A stretch of DNA of 62,981 nt, counting the filler, from Candidatus Babelota bacterium (lineage in GTDB: Bacteria > JAGOBX01): the NCBI GenBank assembly GCA_017999075.1. It is 9 parts of 9 records of this genome, joined end to end, with 100 filler letters (N's around TTAATTAATTAA, not from the genome) between each part and the next. Parts side by side here need not be neighbours in the genome. Positions count along the whole stretch, not along the records: positions 24,949 to 37,046 come from JAGOBX010000058.1; positions 37,147 to 49,206 come from JAGOBX010000059.1; 7 more parts are not named here. One strand, written 5' to 3'. The position numbers were made by a program, and so were the translations under genes. Positions 30,606 to 40,632 of this stretch are shown here, in pieces. The notes beneath the pieces were generated by a model. It searched no databases and was not told the DNA's origin. It worked only from the letters and a program-made list of their open reading frames with translations. The first letter of the stretch is position 1. Each line of letters starts with the position of its first letter.

Positions 30606-31652
30606 ATGGGTTTTTTTTCTAAATCAGCTTATTTGTGCAAATTGATTAAAACCAAGATAACAAAAAAATATTTCCCGATAAACGTTACTATTTGTATTAC
30701 AGGCAAATGTAATTACAGATGCTTGTATTGTTATGGTGAATTTTCACGCAAAACACGAGAATCAGAAATGACTACGTCTCAAATATTAAATCTTATAGAT
30801 CAATTATATGAAAAGGGAACAAGATACATTTCAGTTTCCGGAGGAGAACCTTTAATTCATAAAGATGTAGGAAAAATTATCGACCATATTAAAGCAAAAA
30901 ATTGCGAATGTACAATATCCACCAACTGTTCTCTATTACCGAAAAAAATTAATGAGATAAAAAATGTGGATTTGATTGCCGCAAGTTTAGACGGCATAGA
31001 AAATGAAAATGATTTAAACCGAGGAACCGGTGCTTTCCAAAAAACAATGAAAGGAATAGAATCTGCTTTAAAATACAAAATACCTATTGTTATAAATACG
31101 GTTTTAACAAAAAATAATGTAAATTCAATTGAATATTTATCTTCGTTAGGCAAAGAACTCGGCATAAAAATAAAATTCAGTTTCATGGTTTATTCAGACT
31201 TGCAGAGAAAAAAAAATATTTATGACAAATTGGAACTGAGCAGCGAAGAAATCAAAAATGCCCTGATAAAAATTTTAGCATTAAAAAAAAATGGAGCGCC
31301 TATACTTTATTCTGATAAAGCTTATAAGTTATCTTTAATTTGGCCTGATCATTCAAAGTTATATTACTGGGATGAAACTCCTGATTTCCAATATGCCAAA
31401 TGTTATTCTGCAAAAATGTTTTATCAAATTGACAGCGATAGTTCAGTCTATCCTTGCAGTATGTTTTTTGACTCATTTAAGGCAAAAAAAATTTTAGAGG
31501 TGGGTCTGGAAGAAGCATTTGCGAATGCCCGGCAAAAAAATTTATGTACAGCTTGTTCTAAACCAAGCTACATTGAACACAATTTAATTTACGGTTTTGA
31601 TTATTCTACCATATTTTCAAATATTGTTGATTACTTTAAATATAATAAGTGA
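30606..31652 (+). CDS. Radical SAM protein with twitch/SPASM-type auxiliary cysteines (paralog A)
   Basis: CNYRCLYC, GGEP, C..YPC..CTAC. Confidence 0.9.
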   Translation: MGFFSKSAYLCKLIKTKITKKYFPINVTICITGKCNYRCLYCYGEFSRKTRESEMTTSQILNLIDQLYEKGTRYISVSGGEPLIHKDVGKIIDHIKAKNCECTISTNCSLLPKKINEIKNVDLIAASLDGIENENDLNRGTGAFQKTMKGIESALKYKIPIVINTVLTKNNVNSIEYLSSLGKELGIKIKFSFMVYSDLQRKKNIYDKLELSSEEIKNALIKILALKKNGAPILYSDKAYKLSLIWPDHSKLYYWDETPDFQYAKCYSAKMFYQIDSDSSVYPCSMFFDSFKAKKILEVGLEEAFANARQKNLCTACSKPSYIEHNLIYGFDYSTIFSNIVDYFKYNK

Positions 31653-31721
31653 AATGAAATTAATATTCAAAAAAGTGCACGGCTTTTTCAAAGGAATAAA
31701 GCATTTTTTATTTCTGTAATT

Positions 31722-32783
31722 CTACCCTTTTAAATCGTAGATGTAATTTTTAACATAATTTATAAAAGCGCTTGATTTAAAATTAATTATCTGGTTGCGG
31801 TCAACATAAGAAAAATTATAACATGCTGCACAATTATTTCTGCTTATTTTTTCCCAGCCTTTTTTAAACCCTGATTTACGTACATTTATATTCTCATACT
31901 TATTCCAGAAATTACAGCAAGGATACATTCTTCCATCCCCATCAATAAAACATACATATTCTCCATGATAACATCTATAGTATTTATAATTTTCCGGGAT
32001 CTCATTTTCCAAAATAAAAAATTTTTTAAGAGGGAAAGGCCAATTTTTAGCAGTGTTATAAGCTTCTTTTGTAAATTGAACAGGATATTTTTTATCTTTA
32101 TAATATAGTATTCTATCGATTATACTGTTGTAATGATTTCTGTCATAATTAAGACAATCATAATTATTGGTTAAAGTAATTGGCTGAAAATCAAATGCTG
32201 TGCCAAAATTTAATAAACATTTATTTTTTTTAGAAAACTCAGCTAAAAAATTTATGTCTTCAATTTCTGTATCCGTTGTTATAACTGAATTTATTCTTGT
32301 GGTCAATTTCAATTCACGGCAAGTTTTTATTCCATCAATTATTTTATAAAAAGAACCGGCTCCTCTGTTTTTATCATTTGTTTTTTCCCTGCCGTCAAGA
32401 CTTATGCAAATACTGTCTAAACATTTGATAGCATCAATATTTTTGCTTATAAGTGTTCCATTAGTTATTAAATCAAGATTAAACTTTAATTTCGAGGCAT
32501 ACAACAATATTTCTCTAATATCATTTCTAATTAATGGTTCACCTCCTTGTATCTGTAATAACACAGTTCCGAGTTTCTTCAGTTCATCTAAAATGTCAAT
32601 AATTTCCCGAGTGGTAAATTCTTCGAAATTATTTCTTTTTGAATATTCCCCGTAACAATAAGTACAATTAAAATTGCATCTGTTTGTAACACTTAAAAAT
32701 ACATTAAACGGAAATTTTTTGTTTATCAACCTGTAAAAAAAAAGTTTACATATGCCTTTAAATAAAATATTAAAATTTGCCAT
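31722..32783 (-). CDS. Radical SAM protein with twitch/SPASM-type auxiliary cysteines (paralog B)
   Basis: CNFNCTYC, GGEP, C..DGRMYPCC..CAAC. Confidence 0.9.
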   Translation of the reverse strand: MANFNILFKGICKLFFYRLINKKFPFNVFLSVTNRCNFNCTYCYGEYSKRNNFEEFTTREIIDILDELKKLGTVLLQIQGGEPLIRNDIREILLYASKLKFNLDLITNGTLISKNIDAIKCLDSICISLDGREKTNDKNRGAGSFYKIIDGIKTCRELKLTTRINSVITTDTEIEDINFLAEFSKKNKCLLNFGTAFDFQPITLTNNYDCLNYDRNHYNSIIDRILYYKDKKYPVQFTKEAYNTAKNWPFPLKKFFILENEIPENYKYYRCYHGEYVCFIDGDGRMYPCCNFWNKYENINVRKSGFKKGWEKISRNNCAACYNFSYVDRNQIINFKSSAFINYVKNYIYDLKG

Positions 32784-32907
32784 TATAAAAAAAATTTAAA
32801 ATTCCAAAAACTAAAATATAAAAAATAATTGAAATTCATATATTTATTGATATTCATTATTTTATAATATAAAATATATCATTATAAAAAAAATCAAATA
32901 AAAATAT

Positions 32908-34407
32908 ATGAACCGTATAAAAAAAATTATTCTTATAAATCCTCCGAATATATATAAAAACGGACTAAGTTTAACTTTAAAGAGAGTAAATATTCCCTTA
33001 GGGCTTGCCTATATTTCTTCAGTATTAAAAAATGATTATGAATTATCTGTAATAGATGCACTTGCAAATGATTTTAATAATAAAGAATACTATTGTGAAA
33101 ATTACACTTATGTAGGAACCAATATTGATGTTTTAAAAAAACAAATAGCAGATTATGCGCCTGATGCAGCTGCTATAACCTGCAATTTAACCACACAGCA
33201 TGATATGCTTATTAAAACAGCTGAAATTATCAAACAAATAAATAAAAATATAATAGTTATTGCAGGCGGCCAGCACCCCACTTTACTTTATGATAAAATA
33301 TTGAAAAATACGAATTTTATAGATTATATAATTCTGAGTGAAGGCGAAAATACAATAAAAAAACTTTTTCATAATCTAAATAATTCTATAGACGTAACCA
33401 ATCTAAACGGAATAGCTTATAAAAAAAATGATGGGATCATTTTCAACTCAACTCCTGATATTATTCAAAATCTTGATGAAATTCAATTTCCTTCATGGAA
33501 TTTATTCCCAATTGAAAAATATATTCAGTTAGGAGCTCCGCAGAATTCATTTTCAAAATCAAAACGATGCATGCCTGTAATAACTTCACGTGGTTGTCCG
33601 TTTAAATGTATTTTTTGTTCAACACATAAACATTGGAGAGGAACATACAGAAAGCGTTCTATTGATAATGTTATAAAAGAAATTTTATATTTGAAAAATG
33701 ATTTTGATATTGAAGAAGTACAATTTCTTGATGACAATTTAACAATTGACCTAAATTTTGCAAAGCAATTATTCAAAGAACTAAAAAAACTAAATATATA
33801 TTGGTGCGCGCCAAACGGTATTTCTCCCAACTCAGTTGATTCTGAAGCTTTGTCCCTTATGAAAGATTCAGGGTGTTACGAAATAGCATTTGCAATCGAA
33901 AGCGGCAGTCAATATGTTCTAAATAATATAATTAAAAAAAATGTCGATTTAAAAAATGCTTCGAATATTCTCGCTGAAGCAAAAAAATGCGGATTATATA
34001 CCCATATATATTTAATAACAGGTTTTCCTGAAGAAACTTCCGGACAAATAAATGAAACATTATGTTATCCTATAAAAAACCTTAAAAATATTGATAACCC
34101 GCATATAAGTGTTGCAACACCTTTTCCTGGAACAGAACTTTATAATTTATGTTTAAAACAAAAAATTATTGACGAAAACAATTCCGATTATAAAACTTTA
34201 GAATTATATAATAGTTGTATTTCAACAACAGAATTTAACTCAGCTGATTTATTGAAAAAAATAAATTTTCTTTTACTAAAATTTCATATTTTCAAATGCA
34301 TTTTTGAACCAAAATGTATTTACAAAAATTATATAAAAAAAATTTTTTATGATAAAAAAAAATTTTTCTATGTTCTTATTGAATTTATTAAAGGTGTTTT
34401 TAAATGA
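32908..34407 (+). CDS. Cobalamin-binding (class B) radical SAM protein
   Basis: PLGLAYI, GGQHPT, EGE, TSRGCPFKCIFC, IESGS, TPFPGT. Confidence 0.92.
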   Translation: MNRIKKIILINPPNIYKNGLSLTLKRVNIPLGLAYISSVLKNDYELSVIDALANDFNNKEYYCENYTYVGTNIDVLKKQIADYAPDAAAITCNLTTQHDMLIKTAEIIKQINKNIIVIAGGQHPTLLYDKILKNTNFIDYIILSEGENTIKKLFHNLNNSIDVTNLNGIAYKKNDGIIFNSTPDIIQNLDEIQFPSWNLFPIEKYIQLGAPQNSFSKSKRCMPVITSRGCPFKCIFCSTHKHWRGTYRKRSIDNVIKEILYLKNDFDIEEVQFLDDNLTIDLNFAKQLFKELKKLNIYWCAPNGISPNSVDSEALSLMKDSGCYEIAFAIESGSQYVLNNIIKKNVDLKNASNILAEAKKCGLYTHIYLITGFPEETSGQINETLCYPIKNLKNIDNPHISVATPFPGTELYNLCLKQKIIDENNSDYKTLELYNSCISTTEFNSADLLKKINFLLLKFHIFKCIFEPKCIYKNYIKKIFYDKKKFFYVLIEFIKGVFK

Positions 34408-35441
34408 GTTTATATGCTAAATCGAAATATCTTGCAAAACTGATAAAAATAAAATTTACAAAAAAATATTTTCCTATAAATGTAACAATTTGTATAACTG
34501 GAAAATGTAATCTGAAATGTATTTATTGTTATGGAGATTTTTATTCTAAAACACGAGAATTAGAAATGTCTACAGAACAAATACTTCATATAATTGACGG
34601 ACTTCATAAAATGGGAACTCAATATATATCAGTTTCCGGCGGAGAACCATTATTGCAAAAAGATATCGGTTTAATTATTGATCATATAAAATCAAAGGGG
34701 TGTGAATGCACTATTGCAACAAACGGTTTTCTTCTACCAAATAAAATCAACGAAATAAAAAATGTTGATTTACTTGCAATAAGTTTAGACGGAAACGAAC
34801 TGGAAAATGATTTGAATAGAGGAAAAGGATGTTTTAAAAAAACAATGAAAGGAATAGAAACAGCATTAATTCATAAAATTCCAGTGGTTATTAATTCTGT
34901 ATTGACAAAGAATAATATAAATTCTATAGATTATCTGTGTCAAATAGGAAAATTGTTTAAAATAAAAATAAAATTCGGATTATTGGTTTATTCTGATGAT
35001 AAAAGGAAAAAAAACATATATGATGATATAGCGCTTAACGATATTGAAATCAAAAATGCAATAAAAAAAATTATTGAATTAAAAAAAAATGGGGCGCCTA
35101 TATTATACTCATTAAAAGCTTATGATTTATCTTTTCAATGGAAAGATCATTCAAAAATATATTACTGGAATGAAATTCCTGATTTTTCTTATGCGAAATG
35201 TTATGCAGGAAAAATGTTTTTTCATATTGACAGTGATAGTTCAGTTTATCCTTGCTGTGTTTTTTTCGATTCTTTTAAAGCAAAAAAAATTGTGGAAGTC
35301 GGATTGGAAAATGCGCTAAAGCATGCCGAAACACAAAATTTATGCAAAGCATGCGCTAAACCAGGATATATTGAGCATAATTTAATTTATGGGCTGGATC
35401 CTTATACAGTTTATTCAAACATTTTGGAAATATTCAAATAA
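34404..35441 (+). CDS. Radical SAM protein, paralog A'
   Basis: CNLKCIYC; colinear with 30606-31652; ATGA overlap with the upstream gene. Confidence 0.9.
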   Translation: MSLYAKSKYLAKLIKIKFTKKYFPINVTICITGKCNLKCIYCYGDFYSKTRELEMSTEQILHIIDGLHKMGTQYISVSGGEPLLQKDIGLIIDHIKSKGCECTIATNGFLLPNKINEIKNVDLLAISLDGNELENDLNRGKGCFKKTMKGIETALIHKIPVVINSVLTKNNINSIDYLCQIGKLFKIKIKFGLLVYSDDKRKKNIYDDIALNDIEIKNAIKKIIELKKNGAPILYSLKAYDLSFQWKDHSKIYYWNEIPDFSYAKCYAGKMFFHIDSDSSVYPCCVFFDSFKAKKIVEVGLENALKHAETQNLCKACAKPGYIEHNLIYGLDPYTVYSNILEIFK

Positions 35442-35444
35442 ATA

Positions 35445-36524
35445 TTAACTTCTATTTTTGAATTTTGTTTTCAAATCAAAAATATAATTGTTAAAATAAT
35501 TTTTCAAAGTAGAAAAATTGAAATTCATCAACTGATTTCTGTCAATGTAAGAATGAATATAGCATGCCGCACATTCTAATCGATCCAATTTTTTCCATGC
35601 ATTTTCAAAATTCATATCGTGAATGTTAATTGGTTTATAATCATTCCAGAAATTGCAGCACGGATACAAACGGCCATCACCGTCAATAAAACACACATAA
35701 TCAGCATGATAGCATTTTATATGATTGTAATTCGATGGAATTTCTTTTTTTAACGCAGTCTGTTTCTCCAGAGAAAACGGCCAGTTTTTGGGAAGTTCAT
35801 ATGCTTTAATAGTAAACTGAACAGGATATTTTTTTTTTTTGTAATCAATTATTAAATCAAGTAATTTATTATATTTTGAACGATCATAATTAAAAATGCT
35901 GTATTTTTTATCTGTTGTTAAAGGATTAAAATGAAATGACGGGCAAAAATTTAATAAACATCTGTTTTCTTTGGAAAATTCCATTAAAAATTTTATATCA
36001 TCTTCTTCTGTCTCATTTGTAATTACAGAATTAATGCGGGTTGATATTCCTGATTTTCTACAAATATTTATTCCTTCGACAATCTTATCAAAAGTTCCTT
36101 CTCCACGATTTTTATCATTAATACTTCTTCTTCCATCGAGACTTATGCAAATGCTGTCGAGTAATTTCACAGCATCAATTTTTTCTTTTATCAATAAACC
36201 ATTGGTAATTAAATCAACATTAAAATTAAGTTTTCTTGCAGTTTCAATTAGTTCGGAAATATCATTCCTTACCAAAGGTTCTCCTCCCTGAATCTGCAGA
36301 AATACAGTTCCCATTTTTTTTAAAGTATATAAAGTATCTATTATTTCTTCGGTTGTAAATTCTCTGAAATTTTTACGATTATAATATTCTCCGTAACAAT
36401 AACCGCATTTAAGATTACATTTATTGGTAACAACAAAAAAAACATTTAAGGGAAACCTTTTTTTCAACAACCTGTAAAAATAAAGTTTTGTAAAACCGGT
36501 TATTAAACTTCTAAAACTTGCCAT
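35445..36524 (-). CDS. Radical SAM protein, paralog B'
   Basis: CNLKCGYC; colinear with 31722-32783. Confidence 0.9.
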   Translation of the reverse strand: MASFRSLITGFTKLYFYRLLKKRFPLNVFFVVTNKCNLKCGYCYGEYYNRKNFREFTTEEIIDTLYTLKKMGTVFLQIQGGEPLVRNDISELIETARKLNFNVDLITNGLLIKEKIDAVKLLDSICISLDGRRSINDKNRGEGTFDKIVEGINICRKSGISTRINSVITNETEEDDIKFLMEFSKENRCLLNFCPSFHFNPLTTDKKYSIFNYDRSKYNKLLDLIIDYKKKKYPVQFTIKAYELPKNWPFSLEKQTALKKEIPSNYNHIKCYHADYVCFIDGDGRLYPCCNFWNDYKPINIHDMNFENAWKKLDRLECAACYIHSYIDRNQLMNFNFSTLKNYFNNYIFDLKTKFKNRS

Positions 36525-36659
36525 TATTAATTTTTTCCTGATTCCCCAAAAATGTATTAGAAACTATGAAGTAATTTTAAAAATCCTATTGCAATTTTCC
36601 AATTAATTGAACATCATAACAAATAATATTAAAAAATATTAAAATGTTTTTCTGTAATG

Positions 36660-37046
36660 TCAATTAAAATTTAAGTTAAGGGATTTGATTACAATTTCAG
36701 GAGTGATGTTTTTCATGCATTGATATGTACCATATTTGCATTTTTCTGATATGCATGGCGAACATTCCATATTGCTTTTTATAATTGTCGAATTTAAAGA
36801 AAATGGACCTGTAGTTATATCGTTTGTAGAACCAAAAATAGCAGCCATCGGAATATTTAATGCAGCTGCTATATGCATCGGACCGCTGTCATTTGTTAAA
36901 AAAAAAGAACACAATTTTACAGATGAGAACAATTCCTGCAAACTTGTTTTTCCAATCAAATTAATTAAATTTATTTTTCTGTCAACAGATCTTAAAATAT
37001 TATCACCTATTGAAACTTCATTTTTCGAACCAAATAAAACAGGTAT
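36660..37046 (-). CDS. GT9 LPS heptosyltransferase (WaaF-like), 5' partial
   Basis: GKTSLQEL...NDSGPMHIAAA...IFGST...CSPC...C...CM. Confidence 0.85.
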   Translation of the reverse strand: MPVLFGSKNEVSIGDNILRSVDRKINLINLIGKTSLQELFSSVKLCSFFLTNDSGPMHIAAALNIPMAAIFGSTNDITTGPFSLNSTIIKSNMECSPCISEKCKYGTYQCMKNITPEIVIKSLNLNFN

Positions 37047-37146
37047 NNNNNNNNNNNNNNNNNNNNNNNNNNNNNNNNNNNNNNNNNNNNTTAATTAATT
37101 AANNNNNNNNNNNNNNNNNNNNNNNNNNNNNNNNNNNNNNNNNNNN
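37047..37146. other. Artificial contig linker
   Basis: N44-TTAATTAATTAA-N44. Confidence 0.98.
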
Positions 37147-40085
37147 TGATAGCAGCAAGTTTGACAGGAATTGGATTTATTTTTATTTTGATAACAGTAT
37201 TATTAAAAAAAAAGAAAAAAAGTTCGCATAGGGAAGAACAGCCTACTTATTATAGAGGCGCCGTGAATTACAAGCATATTGAACAGCGTAAAAGTTTGTA
37301 TGAACTAAAAATAAAATTATTATTATTTTTTAAAGACTTTAAATTCATAAGCGATTATATAATAAAACTTCAACAAACTCAAATAACTAAAATATATAAT
37401 TTTTGTAAATCGAGTGCGGCAAACCCTTCTGAAGCAATACCTTTTTATGAATATCTTTTATCATTAGGATGGGATAAACCTACTGAATATTTTGATCTCG
37501 CCAATCTGTATTTGCAACTTAAATTAACAGATTCTGCAATTAAAACATTAATGAAAATCAATCCCGATAAACTTGAAAAAGAGCAGATAGAAAATTATTA
37601 TGTATCAATGGCTAATCTTTATCATAAAACCGGAAATTTAGGACTTGCAATAAGAAATCTTGAAACAGCAGTAAGAATTTTTCCCGAAAAAAGCGAATTA
37701 TATGTTCATATAGCAGATTTATCAGGATTAACAAAAAATTTTAAAAAATCTGCGGATACGTATTTAGAAGCTTTAAAAATGGATACAAGATTAGTTACTG
37801 AAATTGAAACCAAACTTGAACTGATTTTAAAACAATGCCAGTCAACAGAAGATCAATTGTATGTGCTGCATATATTTGAACAAATTTATATATTGTTAAA
37901 CAATGATATAAAATTGCTGAACATATATGAAATGATTCGTCAAATTGAACCTGAAAACATAACTAATTTAACTAAAATAGGTAAACTTTATTTTAAACTT
38001 AAAATGTTCAGAGAAGCGTTCAGACTTTTTAAATACAGAGAACGTATAGCTCCTGATTTACTAGTATACAGAGCGCTTGCTTTCATATCATCAGAATTGA
38101 AAGAATCAGAAGAAGAAATGAAATATCTGTATTTTCTTTTTAATCGTGATCCTAAACTTGAAAAAGAAAAAATTGACAGATTGCTTTCATTATTGAAAGA
38201 ATATAATGATAATGAAAAATTATATGAAGTTTATAAAAAATTAATTGAATGTAATCAGGACGTTTCTGAATATTTAAAAAATCTGATCAATCTTTTAATA
38301 GCAAAAAAAGATTATACGAATTTACTGGATAAAGTTAAAACACTTATAACTAAATTCCCCGGGGAAATTCAATTTGCAATTGAAAGAATCGAAATGATTT
38401 CAAACTATTTTGACGATAAAATTTCTATATATAAAACTTATATAGAAATTTTCGGATTGATAGAAAACACTGATAAAATGGAAGAATATTATTTAAAAAT
38501 GATAACAGAGTTCCCTGATACGCCGTTGTTAGAAGAAAAAATATCGTTAGCAACAATTTATAAAGAAAGCAACAGAGAAAAAGATGCAATAAAATTATAT
38601 GAAAATATAACCGGATTTGAAAAAGAAAATATTGAAATCCTTAAAAATCTCGGAAATCTTTATTTGTCTCAAAAAATGATGAGAGAAGCAAAAGATGTGT
38701 TTGAACGGATTCTTAAACTTAATTCTGATAATAGTTTTGCACAATCAAAAATTGAATATCTTGAGAATATTATAAAAAATTCGCATATAATGCAGTTTCA
38801 GGATTTACTTAATGATGAAAGTGCACCTATAGATAAAAAGATAGAGATTCAATACAATCTTGCAAAAGCATACTTTGATACCGGTTTTTTTAAATTATGC
38901 ATAGAAGAACTTAAAAACGTTTTAAAACACGGCAAATTCACTGCATATTGGCAAAAAAGTTTAGAACTTATTACTTCCTCTTACATAGAAAATAAACAAT
39001 CTGGTATAGCAATTCAATTTTTAGGAAATATATTCCTAAACACAAAATTGTCCACCCACGAAGAATTATTTTTGAAATATTTACTTGCAAATGTTTACGT
39101 GGCCCATGACGATAAGGCAAAAGGAAAAGCGTTATTTGAAGAAATAGCTATATCAGACGACAATTATTTTGATATACAATATAAGTTAAAACATCTTGAA
39201 GATATAAAATCATCAAGAGATGGCTTGATAACGCTGCAATATGGAGCAGGAGTAATGCAGACTCAGCAGCAGGTCAAAAAATCTACTCTTGAACGGTACG
39301 AAATAATAAAAGAACTTGGGCGCGGCGGAATGGGAGTTGTCTATAAGGCACGCGATTTGAAACTTGACAGAATTGTGGCGCTAAAACAACTTCATGCTAA
39401 TACGGATGTTAATTCTGAAAGCGCCAAACGATTATTTCTTGAGGCAAAAGCAGTGGCAAAACTCAATCATCCGAATATTGTCAATGTTTTTGATGTTGGC
39501 GACAGTTCTGATGAACTTTATATTTCAATGGAATTTGTTGAAGGTAAACCCCTTACAGAAATAATCCGTTCTGAAAATTATTCTTTTGATATAACATATT
39601 TCAAAAATATCGCTTCTCAAATTTGTGCCGGGCTTGATTATGCGCATTCCCACAATATTGTTCATAGAGATATTAAACCTGATAATATAATGGTAGCAAA
39701 TAATAATGTGATAAAAATAATGGATTTTGGATTGGCTAAACAAACTGACGCGGATACGACAATGACACAGGAAGGTGTTGCTATGGGAACCGCACAATAT
39801 ATGTCACCTGAACAAATCCGCGGAGAAGATATTGATCTTAGAACAGATATTTATGCGCTTGGATGTATGATGTATGAAATAGCAACTAAAAATCCTCCAT
39901 TCAATTCTACAAATTTAAACGCTTTAATTTATAAACATTTAAGCGTAAAACCCATTTCTTTAAAATCAGTTTTGACTGATATTCCTGAAAAACTTGATCA
40001 TATAGTAATGAAATGTATAGAAAAAGATAAGAATAACAGATACAGCAAAGCTGCAGATATTATTGAAGAATTGAAAGCAGTCTAA
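37147..40085 (+). CDS. Membrane-anchored TPR-repeat protein with C-terminal Hanks-type Ser/Thr kinase, probably 5' partial
   Basis: TM helix followed by KKKKK; TPR-like helices; GRGGMGVV, VALK, HRDIKPDN, DFG, YMSPE. The frame is open to the contig edge. Confidence 0.88.
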
Positions 40086-40150
40086 TTTTGTGAAATATTA
40101 TTGTTTATTATACTATACCTTGAACTTAAAAAAATTATAGGAAAAGTATT

Positions 40151-40594
40151 ATGTTAAAAAATATAACTAATGAACACATTACCAAAATCCGTGTTTATTA
40201 CGGAGATACTGATTGCGGAAAAGTAGTCTATTATGCCAATTATCTTAAGTATTTTGAAATAGGCAGAACTGAAATGCTTAGGGATAAAGGAATTGAGCTC
40301 GACGAATATCATAAGCAGGGAATAATTTTTATAGTTGCTTCGGTTTCGATTGAATATAAATTTTCTGCAAAATATAATGATTTACTGGAAATATGCTCTT
40401 ATTTAACGGATTTTTCTAAAAAAACTTTTACTATTTCAAATAAAATTCATAATCAGGAAGGACGTTTGATAGTTAATGGATCAACCAAATGCGCTTGCAT
40501 TAATTCTGATGGAAAACTTGCATCAATTCCAGATGAAATTTTAAATGTTTTTAACGAAATTTTAAAGACTAATTCGAATGCTGGAATTTCTTGA
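40151..40594 (+). CDS. YbgC/FadM family acyl-CoA thioesterase
   Basis: RVYYGDTD.G.VVYYANYLKYFE.GR. Confidence 0.9.
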   Translation: MLKNITNEHITKIRVYYGDTDCGKVVYYANYLKYFEIGRTEMLRDKGIELDEYHKQGIIFIVASVSIEYKFSAKYNDLLEICSYLTDFSKKTFTISNKIHNQEGRLIVNGSTKCACINSDGKLASIPDEILNVFNEILKTNSNAGIS

Positions 40595-40632
40595 GTTAAA
40601 ACAATTCATATTGAATAACGATAAAATTTTGA

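Noticed and set aside
35828-35840. Homopolymer A/T tracts as phase-variation sites
   Set aside because: Such tracts are common at this base composition and the host genes are in frame.
30606-36524. RiPP cluster with radical SAM maturases
   Set aside because: No precursor peptide, RRE domain, peptidase or exporter seen; the neighbour is a GT9 gene.
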